This document shows positions 1-7,427 of a stretch of DNA of 30,692 bases, piece after piece. Positions within the stretch are counted from its first letter, which is position 1, and the number at the start of each line of letters is the position of its first letter. The position numbers and the translations under genes are program-made. Origin of the DNA: a virus. Under the pieces are notes generated by a model. It saw only the letters and a program-made list of their open reading frames with translations, ran no database searches and was not told the DNA's origin. The stretch covers positions 1 through 30,692 of IMG/VR virus record IMGVR_UViG_3300023197_000086. One strand, 5' to 3'.

Positions 1-214
1 GTGCAACGCGCTTGTTATGAGGACCAAGATATTAAGGCTGCACTCTCACAGCCTAAGAGCGAGTGAACGTTGTCAGTAAGACCCGGCAGCGGCATGGCAG
101 CTCTCGCTAAAGTCTTTACTGAGAGCAGATCACGACCGGTGCATCTTGGATCTGGCCCAAATCGCGATAGAGCTGCTCATGCAGGAAGCGGCGCTCAGTC
201 ATAGTCAAACACCT

Positions 215-499
215 CTATGAGTGAGCAGTGCTGGGGCGCAAAACCAATTCATAACCCTGGGCCTCTGCCATAGCACGAGCAATGGCCCACAAGTCCTGAC
301 CCTCGATCAAAACAAAGTGAGTGCTCGCCACTCCATTCTCGCCATAAACTCGCTCAGAGACATCAACAAGGCCGTGGTCGCCTATTCTGGGATGGAGCTT
401 TGCTTCTCTGTTATGGACAAACTTATGAGTACCACCAGAATTGGGCTTCTCGATACTGTAATCGTAAACATCAATGATGTATTTACCGTCAGATTTCAT
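215..499 (-). CDS. hypothetical protein (94 aa)
   Basis: ORF with ATGA overlap to the upstream gene, in a minus-strand operon. Confidence 0.7.
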   Translation of the reverse strand: MKSDGKYIIDVYDYSIEKPNSGGTHKFVHNREAKLHPRIGDHGLVDVSERVYGENGVASTHFVLIEGQDLWAIARAMAEAQGYELVLRPSTAHS

Positions 500-1059
500 G
501 GGCCACCTGCCTTTCTCCTCGCCTCCAAGTCCTTCTTCACCATCTCTTTCATCTCAACCCAAGAGGTACGCTCCTCCTCGGCAAACATTTCCTGAAGGGT
601 TGGATCTGTTGACATCTGGCACCAGAATGCCCAACTGAATACTTTCCGAGCCTGGGTAGGGGTTAGGTCAAGACTGGTCTGCTCGATGAACCCGTGCTTG
701 AGATGGGTTAAAGTCCCCCTTCCCGAGATTTGCTCGATCCGCCATGTCACGCTTTTCATCTCGGGAATCCAGGAACCGGCTTCCCACCGAGACCACGGGT
801 GTCGTTGCCATCGTTGCTGACGGTACGTTGTCGCAGATTCTCGGCTGCCAAGCACGACGACGCCGATTGTCCCTCCGGGCCCACCCACCTCGATCACATC
901 GGCAATGGGTTCAAGTTCATCCGTAGCTCCCGGTAACTCAGTCTGAACGTAGTCCGTCTTGTAAGGCCAGAACGGCCATTGTTGCTTTTGCCAAAGGAGC
1001 TGTGCGACCAATAGGCCGAACGCGGAGATAGTACCTGCAATCATAAAGTGGGGAATCAC
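496..1059 (-). CDS. hypothetical protein with N-terminal membrane anchor
   Basis: hydrophobic N-terminus FMIAGTISAFGLLVAQLLW; 4-nt overlaps with both neighbours. Confidence 0.7.
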   Translation of the reverse strand: MIPHFMIAGTISAFGLLVAQLLWQKQQWPFWPYKTDYVQTELPGATDELEPIADVIEVGGPGGTIGVVVLGSRESATTYRQQRWQRHPWSRWEAGSWIPEMKSVTWRIEQISGRGTLTHLKHGFIEQTSLDLTPTQARKVFSWAFWCQMSTDPTLQEMFAEEERTSWVEMKEMVKKDLEARRKAGGP

Positions 1060-1733
1060 GCAATCACCTGCCCCGGCAACGACGGCGGCTCAAACCGCGA
1101 CGCCCAACGGTCGATGTAGGATGTTTCGATTCTCCCTTTCCGATCCCGCCACGACTGCAGAATCCGCACCGCCTGCTTTTCGCTCATCCCGGCGAAATCG
1201 GCCATGTCAACAATCCGGAACTTGGCGTCTTGACGGCTGCTTTCGCTCATCACGTAGGCGAGGCGGACACTCGCCGACTCGTAGGAAAGATCAGCCAACC
1301 GGGCCTGCATCGCCTTCAGCTCCGCAGAGACGAGCTTCGACATCGTGATGCCCAGCGCCGGGTGCCACGCCATAAGGCTTCGTATGGTCCAGTAGGGAAC
1401 CAAGCAGACGGTCATGTCCGTAACCGCCCGCCCGAAGGTGGTCAGGTCGTTGGGCGAGGCCGCGTACTCCATGTTGCTGGTGTGGCCCGGCCCGATGAAC
1501 TTGACGATCATGTTGTGGCCGGTGCGGTGAGGCACGATCACCTTCCCCCATCCGGACTCGACAAGCAGCAAGCCGAGATTCCAATCGTTGCCCAGGATGT
1601 AGTCCCCCGCCTCGACCTCCACGCGCTCGGCCTCGAACTCGGCTTCGGCCAAGTGCTCCGCGTCGAGATCGTGATCGACAAACGGATGGAACGTCGTAAT
1701 AGATGTCTCAGTCGTCTCGATTTCGCATGACAT
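1056..1733 (-). CDS. CRP/FNR-family transcriptional regulator (cNMP-binding-like domain + HTH)
   Basis: VEAGDYIL..LLLVESGWGKV..MIVKFIGPG..RAVTDMTVCLVP; C-helix RLADLSYESASVRLA; HTH IVDMADFAGMSEKQAVRILQSWR; ~225 aa; start moved from the ORF-track 2072 to the ATG at 1733. Confidence 0.8.
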   Translation of the reverse strand: MSCEIETTETSITTFHPFVDHDLDAEHLAEAEFEAERVEVEAGDYILGNDWNLGLLLVESGWGKVIVPHRTGHNMIVKFIGPGHTSNMEYAASPNDLTTFGRAVTDMTVCLVPYWTIRSLMAWHPALGITMSKLVSAELKAMQARLADLSYESASVRLAYVMSESSRQDAKFRIVDMADFAGMSEKQAVRILQSWRDRKGRIETSYIDRWASRFEPPSLPGQVIA

Positions 1734-2607
1734 GGACAATCGCAGAGAGCGAGTAGTCGGCGTCGCGACCGGAGAGGCAGATGCCCGCCGATCGCACAAA
1801 CTCGTCGCGTCCGATTTGGGTGGAGAACTCTTCCCCGTCGACTTGCCAGCGAACGCGGAACCCGTTGCCCTCCTCATCCCAAGAGCGAAGTTCGGCCCCG
1901 CTGTAGGCGAGCGCGTCCTGCAACCGGGTCTCGATCGACGCCTGCCGCTGCCGTTCGCGCTCCTGCTTCTCCATTTCCCAACGTGCTCGATGCAAGCTCG
2001 TTGCTGCCCCAAACGACTGGGGGAGGCCCCCGCTGTCCCCGGCGTCCTGTCCCCAAACCTTCTCCGACGCAAGGTTGTCTTGTGAGCGACGGGCCAGCGG
2101 GGGCCACACCGTCCGATGGTCGTATTGGTCGTACAACAGTTGCCCGTTCAGGTCGCGAGCCACGATCACGTCAAAGGGACGGATCGTCGGTGCTGTCACC
2201 AGATGCATGGGGCGTGGCACCGGTGTTCCCGAACGGGTAACGGTTGCCTCCGTGGTCGGCCATCCGCGCTGTCGGGCATCGCCCGCGTTCCAGGGATAGA
2301 CCAGCCAGGAGTGCCGACCAAGCCGATAGACGGCAATCACGCGAAATGCCGGTAGCTGGTAGAGGTAGTCAACGACACGAGCCGGTAACGGTTGCCCAAC
2401 GATCCGGGCCTGTCGATCGTCAAGTGGCCGCAGCTCCCACCAGCCCGGCGCCGCATCGACCACGTCCAAGTGGTAAGGCGTCTGTTCAATCAGCGTGGAG
2501 ATGCGGACCTCTCCGGCCTCGAGGACCGGGGCCACAATGGTGTGCTCGGCCAGCCGGTCGGCCCGCTGTTCCAGTCGGTCGATCAGGTCAAAGGCACTCT
2601 GTGCCAT
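1708..2607 (-). CDS. conserved hypothetical protein (299 aa, C-terminal SAGICLSGRD motif)
   Basis: GGAGGA RBS before ATG 2607; motifs WLVYPWNAGDARQR and VRSAGICLSGRDADYSLSAIV resemble a conserved bacterial family (recalled, not searched). Confidence 0.8.
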   Translation of the reverse strand: MAQSAFDLIDRLEQRADRLAEHTIVAPVLEAGEVRISTLIEQTPYHLDVVDAAPGWWELRPLDDRQARIVGQPLPARVVDYLYQLPAFRVIAVYRLGRHSWLVYPWNAGDARQRGWPTTEATVTRSGTPVPRPMHLVTAPTIRPFDVIVARDLNGQLLYDQYDHRTVWPPLARRSQDNLASEKVWGQDAGDSGGLPQSFGAATSLHRARWEMEKQERERQRQASIETRLQDALAYSGAELRSWDEEGNGFRVRWQVDGEEFSTQIGRDEFVRSAGICLSGRDADYSLSAIVHVMRNRDD

Positions 2608-2717
2608 TAATCCTCCAAGGAGGGGCGCGGCAGGGTGCGCAGTCAATCCCTGCCGCGCCGTGCTCCAACGCCTAGCAAGACACTGGCCGTGCCGGCATTG
2701 GCACGTCCAGAATCCGG

Positions 2718-2792
2718 TCAATCAAGTGCATCCGCGTCGTAGATCACCCAAGCCGTCTTCGTCGGACCGGGGTCAACGCCGAGAATCTTCAC
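2718..2792 (-). pseudogene. truncated RuvC-like resolvase N-terminal fragment
   Basis: VKILGVDPGPTKTAWVIYD matches the RuvC-fold first-strand motif ILGxDPG; stop after 24 codons. Confidence 0.5.
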
Positions 2793-3015
2793 GGTTTGTC
2801 CCTTGCAGGAAAGATTGGGCCTTTTGCTCAAGCCGTGCCGCGTGCCCCCGCTCAGCCTCATTCGGCTCTCGCAGATAAACGACTGCCCGTTCATAGTGGA
2901 TTTCATGGGCTGCTTGGCCGTGGAAAGGGCAAGTTGCTCGTCCCAGCGATGTCAGCCAATAGCAACCACACCGCGCATGGCATAAAGGCATCCGGATCCA
3001 ATCGGTTGGGCTCAT
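2773..3015 (-). CDS. small Cys/His-rich hypothetical protein
   Basis: CHARCGC..CPFH; abuts neighbouring genes. Confidence 0.55.
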   Translation of the reverse strand: MSPTDWIRMPLCHARCGCYWLTSLGRATCPFHGQAAHEIHYERAVVYLREPNEAERGHAARLEQKAQSFLQGTNREDSRR

Positions 3016-3144
3016 TCAGATCACGACGTTCCCATTCAAGCTCGGCATCGGCTCCGCAAGTCGAGACAGAGGGGTGCGGTTAAGGACCTCGACCGTGCCA
3101 TCGTCCCGGTCCACAGTGACACAGCCCCGCTCGTGAAACTCCAT
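3016..3144 (-). CDS. small hypothetical protein (42 aa)
   Basis: MEFHERGCVTVDRDDG...; fills the gap and abuts the next gene. Confidence 0.4.
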   Translation of the reverse strand: MEFHERGCVTVDRDDGTVEVLNRTPLSRLAEPMPSLNGNVVI

Positions 3145-3190
3145 CCTAGTGAATCGTAGAGGGCGCAACCGAAGCAACTTGGGGATCGAC

Positions 3191-3418
3191 TCACTCCTTG
3201 GCATCACTGATCCCTTCAAGCGCTTCAATCTTGGGCACGTCGAGCTTTTTCTCGACCTCGTCAATGTCCTCCTTGACCCACACGGAGGGGTACACGCCGC
3301 TGTGTAGGTAAAGGTACGAGCCTTCATCGGCAGCCGGTCGCGCAAAGAGGACGTGTTGCGCCGCCACAACTGTCTTCCTTCCCCCCGCGTCAGAGAACGT
3401 GGCCATTATGGGCATCAT
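3191..3418 (-). CDS. small protein, possibly FlbD-like fold
   Basis: GGAGG RBS; pattern GRKTVVAAQHV..SYLYL..VWVKEDIDEV. Confidence 0.6.
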   Translation of the reverse strand: MMPIMATFSDAGGRKTVVAAQHVLFARPAADEGSYLYLHSGVYPSVWVKEDIDEVEKKLDVPKIEALEGISDAKE

Positions 3419-3428
3419 AGCTAACCTC

Positions 3429-3608
3429 CTAGCCCTCCTTGTGCTCGGCCCGGTAGAACCGAATCACGTGGGCATACATCTGCTCGTAAGCGTTCTGGAA
3501 CGCAGCTGATGGCTCGGAATTCTTCTGATCGGCGGCGTATCGCCCCGCCTCCATCGCGGCCTCATGGGCCTGCTTACTGGCAAGTTTCGGGTCAGTTCCG
3601 AGCGACAT
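3429..3608 (-). CDS. hypothetical protein (59 aa)
   Basis: GAAGGTG RBS-like sequence, operonic position. Confidence 0.6.
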   Translation of the reverse strand: MSLGTDPKLASKQAHEAAMEAGRYAADQKNSEPSAAFQNAYEQMYAHVIRFYRAEHKEG

Positions 3609-3625
3609 GGTGATCCCACCTTCCT

Positions 3626-3928
3626 TCAGTCCGAATCCTTCTCGAAAACGCCGTCCTTGACCGATCCGGTTCGGTCCTTGATCTGTTGCCACGCATAGTC
3701 AACGCACTCGTCTAAGCTGAGATCGTGGGCCATCGCCACGCCGACCAGTGTGACGAACACGTCGCCGATCGCGTCCTGGAGATCGTCGGGATCCCCACTG
3801 ACATTCGCCTCAGCCAGCTCGCCCACCTCCTCGACGAGCTTCTGGAACGCTTTGTCGGAACTGACGGGGATGCCCCGGTCAACGTGCCAGTTCTCGATCT
3901 GCGTTTGGAGCTCTTGAAGTGTCATCAT
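3626..3928 (-). CDS. MazG-like nucleotide pyrophosphohydrolase
   Basis: KLVEEVGELAEA..DAIGDVFVTL (EExxE..D motif) and the phage MazG-like tail IKDRTG..DGVFEK. Confidence 0.9.
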   Translation of the reverse strand: MMTLQELQTQIENWHVDRGIPVSSDKAFQKLVEEVGELAEANVSGDPDDLQDAIGDVFVTLVGVAMAHDLSLDECVDYAWQQIKDRTGSVKDGVFEKDSD

Positions 3929-3934
3929 CGTGAA

Positions 3935-4010
3935 TGGTGGGGCTGGCAGGGCTCGAACCTGCAACCTCCCGATTAAAAGTCGGGAACTCTGCCATTTGAG
4001 TTACAGCCCC
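3935..4010 (-). tRNA. tRNA-Lys(TTT), CCA encoded
   Basis: GGGGCTG/CAGCCCC acceptor, CCCGA-CTTTTAA-TCGGG anticodon arm, GTTCGA T-loop, ACCA end. Confidence 0.95.
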
Positions 4011-4089
4011 TCTGGCGAGCCGAGAATTCAGCCAGAAGAAGGAGGGTTGTCACCTCTCAATGCAAAGATGGATTCGGCTCGCCAACCGG

Positions 4090-4118
4090 ACCCTACACGA
4101 TCCTGCAGTAAGTGTCAA
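4090..4118 (-). promoter_or_regulatory. putative sigma70 promoter with degenerate operator
   Basis: TTGACA-17nt-TAGGGT upstream of tRNA-Lys and mazG. Confidence 0.5.
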
Positions 4119-4174
4119 CCCCTCAAGCAAAGGCGGCGGAGTCAGAAACATGTGGAAATCCGGCAGGCAGGGGG

Positions 4175-4257
4175 TCCGCCGGGCAGGATTCGAACCTGCG
4201 AAGGCCCAGGCCAGCGAGGCTACAACCCGCCCGGTTTGCCCGCTTCCGTACCGGCGG
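4175..4257 (-). tRNA. tRNA-Tyr(GTA) with long variable arm and C1:G72 pair; CCA not encoded
   Basis: CCGCCGG/CCGGCGG+A acceptor, GCGGG-TTGTAGC-CTCGC anticodon arm, GCAGG-TTCGAAT-CCTGC T-arm. Confidence 0.85.
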
Positions 4258-4364
4258 ATGGAATGGAAGACGAAGAGGGTATGGCCGACGGCGGCGGGTC
4301 GATTAGAGGTGATCCATGCGAACGTTGATGCCGTCGGCCATGCTCAGCCCCTCATGGTAACTTG

Positions 4365-4523
4365 GCCTACAAAGGTCGTCCGAGCGTGAGAAGCTATGAG
4401 ACACCTGTCTCTCGGTTATTGAGCCGAGTGCTTTGCCGTTAAGCTACTCGCGCATGCTGCGCAAGGCAGGATTCGAACCTGCAATCGGGTTTGTAAGCCT
4501 CGCACTAAGGACGACCCGCAGGC
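4365..4523 (-). ncRNA. Y-RNA/YrlA-like RNA B: long terminal stem enclosing a circularly permuted tRNA module
   Basis: order is T-arm (4482-4466), 3' acceptor strand CTTGCGC, linker AGCAT, 5' acceptor strand GCGCGAG, D-arm, anticodon arm with 8-nt loop; outer stem GGTCGTCC/GGACGACC. Confidence 0.7.
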
Positions 4524-4524
4524 G

Positions 4525-4598
4525 TGGTTGCGGGGGCCGGAGTTGAACCGGCACGCTGCGGATATGAGCCGCACGCTCTGCCGTTGAGCTACCCCGCA
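4525..4598 (-). tRNA. tRNA-Met(CAT), initiator-like acceptor, CCA encoded
   Basis: TGCGGGG/CCCCGCA+ACCA, TGCGG-CTCATAT-CCGCA, GCCGG-TTCAACT-CCGGC; Met versus Ile2 identity not resolved. Confidence 0.9.
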
Positions 4599-4606
4599 CG
4601 TTAGAG

Positions 4607-4745
4607 AAAAGGCTGTTCGTCCGAGCGCAAGAAGCATCTTGGGACGACCTTTGGCGGGACTTGAACCCGCAACTGACCGCTCCGATGCGGTAGCTCTTCC
4701 TGTTGAGCTACGAAGGTTTGTAAGCCTCATGCTAAGGACGGCGCC
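4607..4745 (-). ncRNA. Y-RNA-like RNA A: same terminal stem enclosing a degenerate tRNA (core 4646-4717, 6-nt anticodon loop)
   Basis: shares CGTCCTTAGnnnGAGGCTTACAAACC and GCTTCTnnCGCTCGGACGA with RNA B; cloverleaf ACCTTCG..CAAAGGT with loop ATCGGA and no CCA; ends in GCCTTTT. Confidence 0.7.
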
Positions 4746-4768
4746 TCTCTCTCCCTCGAAAGGAGGAA

Positions 4769-4990
4769 TTATCCGTAGATCGGCTGCGGCATCAAGACTG
4801 CCCGATCGCCGTCTTGCTCGAAGACGTGGTTGTCCAGATCGCCGCGGTCAAGGTCCAACCGATCCTCGACGGCCTCATGCAGCTCGGCAAGGTCCGGCTG
4901 TTCGGGCAGATCACGCGCGTCGATCTCGTGCTCTTGCCCGTCGGCCACGACCTTCAACCGGCTGAACCGCATCTGCTCGAGAGCCGTCAT
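4769..4990 (-). CDS. small protein, possible ubiquitin-like/beta-grasp protein ending in Gly
   Basis: AGGAG RBS; 73 aa; strand-strand-helix-strand-strand pattern; C-terminus VLMPQPIYG. Confidence 0.7.
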   Translation of the reverse strand: MTALEQMRFSRLKVVADGQEHEIDARDLPEQPDLAELHEAVEDRLDLDRGDLDNHVFEQDGDRAVLMPQPIYG

Positions 4991-5042
4991 GGTTGAACTC
5001 CTTTCTCCTTGCTAGCACTCAGCGCGACCTCCTGAGGTGGCG

Positions 5043-5089
5043 AATGTAACACGGCGTCGCGGGATTGTCAATACTGGCAGGATCGTCAA
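5043..5089 (-). promoter_or_regulatory. sigma70 promoter (extended -10) with overlapping operator
   Basis: TTGACA(5071-5066)-17nt-TACATT(5048-5043) with TG element; TTGTCAAT-N9-ATCGTCAA at 5065-5089. Confidence 0.65.
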
Positions 5090-5094
5090 GGGGG

Positions 5095-5592
5095 CTAACC
5101 GCCCATCTCGTCCAGGCGGCGACGATCGACGACCCACAAACCGGACACACCCCGTTCCCGCCGCACGATACCTGATTTCTTGAATCGGGCGATAAGGCCG
5201 TTGACCGTCCCCAGCGGGATGCCCAACTCGTCAGCAATCTCATCGGACGAGTAATTGACGTGGCCCTCGGCATCACACTGCGCCAACAGAAAGTCCGCGA
5301 TCTCGCGTTTGCGCGGCTTCTTGCCCCCGTGATCAGGTGCTGTATCGGGCGCAGGTTCGTTGTCGACAGCAGCGATCGCGGTCAACTCCCGCTCGTTGAG
5401 CACCTGGATTCTGCCGCCGCGGAAGCGGATGGCGTTGCGATCGGCCAGCATGTCGAGAGCGTCAGAGATGACAGGGCGGGCGACTTGGGAAAGATCGGCC
5501 ATCTCGCTGCGGGCGTAGGCGGGCAGCGTTCCATCATAGAGCGCCGACTGGTGGAGCAGCCAACGGGCGAAGATCGCTACCGGGTCGCGCAT
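5095..5592 (-). CDS. tandem winged-HTH (Crp-type HTH) DNA-binding protein
   Basis: GGAGG RBS; ARSEMADLSQVARPVISDALDML..GGRIQVLN and YSSDEIADELGIPLGTVNGLIARFKKSGIV. Confidence 0.8.
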   Translation of the reverse strand: MRDPVAIFARWLLHQSALYDGTLPAYARSEMADLSQVARPVISDALDMLADRNAIRFRGGRIQVLNERELTAIAAVDNEPAPDTAPDHGGKKPRKREIADFLLAQCDAEGHVNYSSDEIADELGIPLGTVNGLIARFKKSGIVRRERGVSGLWVVDRRRLDEMGG

Positions 5593-5698
5593 TTCCAACC
5601 CCTCCACATTCGGGGTATTATCCTGGGCCAGCGCTTCCTTATCGTCTCCGTCGAGGGGCGAGGGTTCGCCCCACCCTCGCCCCTCCCACCCCTCGAGA

Positions 5699-6121
5699 TC
5701 ATTTCTCGTAGCGCACAGCCAACCCGCGATCCAGCAGGTCGCGATTGACGTTGATCCAGTCGCCGCCGTGCTTAACGTGGATCGTTGCAAGGTAGCGGCC
5801 GAAGCTGCCCTCACCTTCCTTGTGCGTCTGGACCATCACATCGTCCGCGTCCCGAATCATGCGCTGCAGGTGGTCGCGGGCGGCGACCGCCTCGTCGTGG
5901 CGGTCGCCGTGCAGCTCCGGGGTGTCGATGCCGTCCAGGCGCAGGTCGGTCGCCTTCAACCACATGTGGAACCCGAGGTCGATGTCGACATCGGTGATCG
6001 TGTCGCCGTCGTAGACCTTGTTGACGTGGGCACGGAAGTAGTAGGGCGCGGCTTCGATTGAGACCATGTGGAGCTTACCCAGCTGGCCGGTCAAGAGCTT
6101 TGTTGTGCTCAGCTCTGCCAT
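5699..6121 (-). CDS. thermonuclease (SNase) family protein
   Basis: KVYDGDTI, DLGF, RLDGIDTPE, FGRYLA, VNRDLLDRGLA. Confidence 0.92.
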   Translation of the reverse strand: MAELSTTKLLTGQLGKLHMVSIEAAPYYFRAHVNKVYDGDTITDVDIDLGFHMWLKATDLRLDGIDTPELHGDRHDEAVAARDHLQRMIRDADDVMVQTHKEGEGSFGRYLATIHVKHGGDWINVNRDLLDRGLAVRYEK

Positions 6122-6126
6122 AACGG

Positions 6127-7068
6127 TCAACCGTTGCCCTTCCTTTTCATGAATTCGTGAAGCGACTGGTCCCCGCTGCCCTTCGGCGGCTCGAACTGGC
6201 CGGTTTGCAGCCACTCGGCCTTGGTCAAGACCCACCAATCGCGGGCCAAGCCCTCGAGGACGTAGCGGTAGGGCATCCAGCCGTAGCCTCGATTGCCCCA
6301 CGACGTGCCCCAGGAGTTGCGGATCATCAGCGCGCCCTTCTCGGACTTGCCGTTGATCGGGTTGCGGACTTCCCTCTGGTCGTCGAACCCGATGGCGACA
6401 ACAGCGTGGCCGCCCTTCTGCTTCTCGTTGTTGGCGGGGAAGGGGATGTGGCCTTCACTCGCCGCTCCCTGGTTGGCCCGATACAGGCTCTCGTAGACGG
6501 GGAAGCCGAACATCGCTGGGGTCTTCGAGGCGAGGTGGGCTTTGATGCGACGAAGCTGCTGTTCCGGGCCGGTGTTGGGCGGGTCGAGGCGCTGATACTT
6601 GAGCCCCTGGAAGGCTTGGGCGTAGTTGTAGAGGAACGGCGTCGGCTCCTGGTCGAACTTGTCGGTGTTGTACGGCCAGTAATCCTCCGGCGGCGCGCCG
6701 AAGACGACGAGCGCTTGTAATGCCGAGCGGCAGAAGGCGCCCGTGTCGCCGGTCCAGCCGAGCAGGTTGCGCGTCACCTTGTAGACGAACAGGCGCGAGG
6801 CGTTGATGAACGTCCCGCGCGCCTGTTGCTCACAGAACTCCAGCAACCCAACAGCGGCCTGGGCCGTGCAACTGCCGATCTCGCCCTGATCCTCGATCGG
6901 CGAATCCCACTGCCGCAGGTCGATTTGAGGCGGAAGCTCATCTTGGCTTACATCTTCGGGAGATTTCCCGCTAGGTGAGTTAAGGCGGACGCCCGCCTCG
7001 TCATCTTCCGGCGTGAAGTCGCGGTTGTCGGGGAAATCGGGCAACCAGCCCATGTAGCGTGTCTGCAT
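6127..7068 (-). CDS. papain-family (C1A) cysteine peptidase
   Basis: DQGEIGSCTAQA (Gln/Cys), GGHAV (His), IRNSWG (Asn). Confidence 0.95.
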   Translation of the reverse strand: MQTRYMGWLPDFPDNRDFTPEDDEAGVRLNSPSGKSPEDVSQDELPPQIDLRQWDSPIEDQGEIGSCTAQAAVGLLEFCEQQARGTFINASRLFVYKVTRNLLGWTGDTGAFCRSALQALVVFGAPPEDYWPYNTDKFDQEPTPFLYNYAQAFQGLKYQRLDPPNTGPEQQLRRIKAHLASKTPAMFGFPVYESLYRANQGAASEGHIPFPANNEKQKGGHAVVAIGFDDQREVRNPINGKSEKGALMIRNSWGTSWGNRGYGWMPYRYVLEGLARDWWVLTKAEWLQTGQFEPPKGSGDQSLHEFMKRKGNG

Positions 7069-7095
7069 GTTGACTCAGCCCCTTCTGTTGAGAAT

Positions 7096-7263
7096 CTAGC
7101 TTGACGACTTGCGAAAGCCGTCGCCGTTGTAGCGAATGCCCGCAATGCGGGGCGGTTCCCACTTGGGTTCGAACTCCATGCACCCGCATACCGAGCAGCG
7201 ACCGTCCTCCGAATGAACTCGACGATGATGGTCACACCGACAGTAGTCGTCCCGCACCGGCAT
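7096..7263 (-). CDS. small Cys/His zinc-binding protein
   Basis: CRCDH..H..CSVCGC. Confidence 0.6.
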   Translation of the reverse strand: MPVRDDYCRCDHHRRVHSEDGRCSVCGCMEFEPKWEPPRIAGIRYNGDGFRKSSS

Positions 7264-7412
7264 CAGACCACCTTGGCTCCACAGTGGGGACACGTCTCAT
7301 CGTCCGTCACGCCCCGGTGACAATATGGGCACTTGAACGTGATGGGGACTTGCTGCTGTGCCTTCTGCCGCTGCGGCCGGATAGGCATGTTCGGATGGAA
7401 TCGCTTACGCAT
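7263..7412 (-). CDS. small zinc-ribbon protein (49 aa, not in ORF track)
   Basis: GGAGGTG RBS; MRKRFHPN..FKCPYCHRGVTDDETCPHCGAKVV; TGATG overlap with the next gene. Confidence 0.7.
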   Translation of the reverse strand: MRKRFHPNMPIRPQRQKAQQQVPITFKCPYCHRGVTDDETCPHCGAKVV

Positions 7413-7427
7413 AGCACCTCCTGGCGG

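Noticed and set aside
4611-4630. Plus-strand resemblance to the animal Y RNA 5' end (GGCTG..GTCCGAG)
   Set aside because: The tRNA modules and the predicted promoter are on the minus strand; likely coincidental
4646-4717. Functional tRNA-Arg(TCG) or tRNA-Pro(CGG)
   Set aside because: 6-nt anticodon loop, acceptor mismatch, no CCA, and embedded in a larger conserved stem
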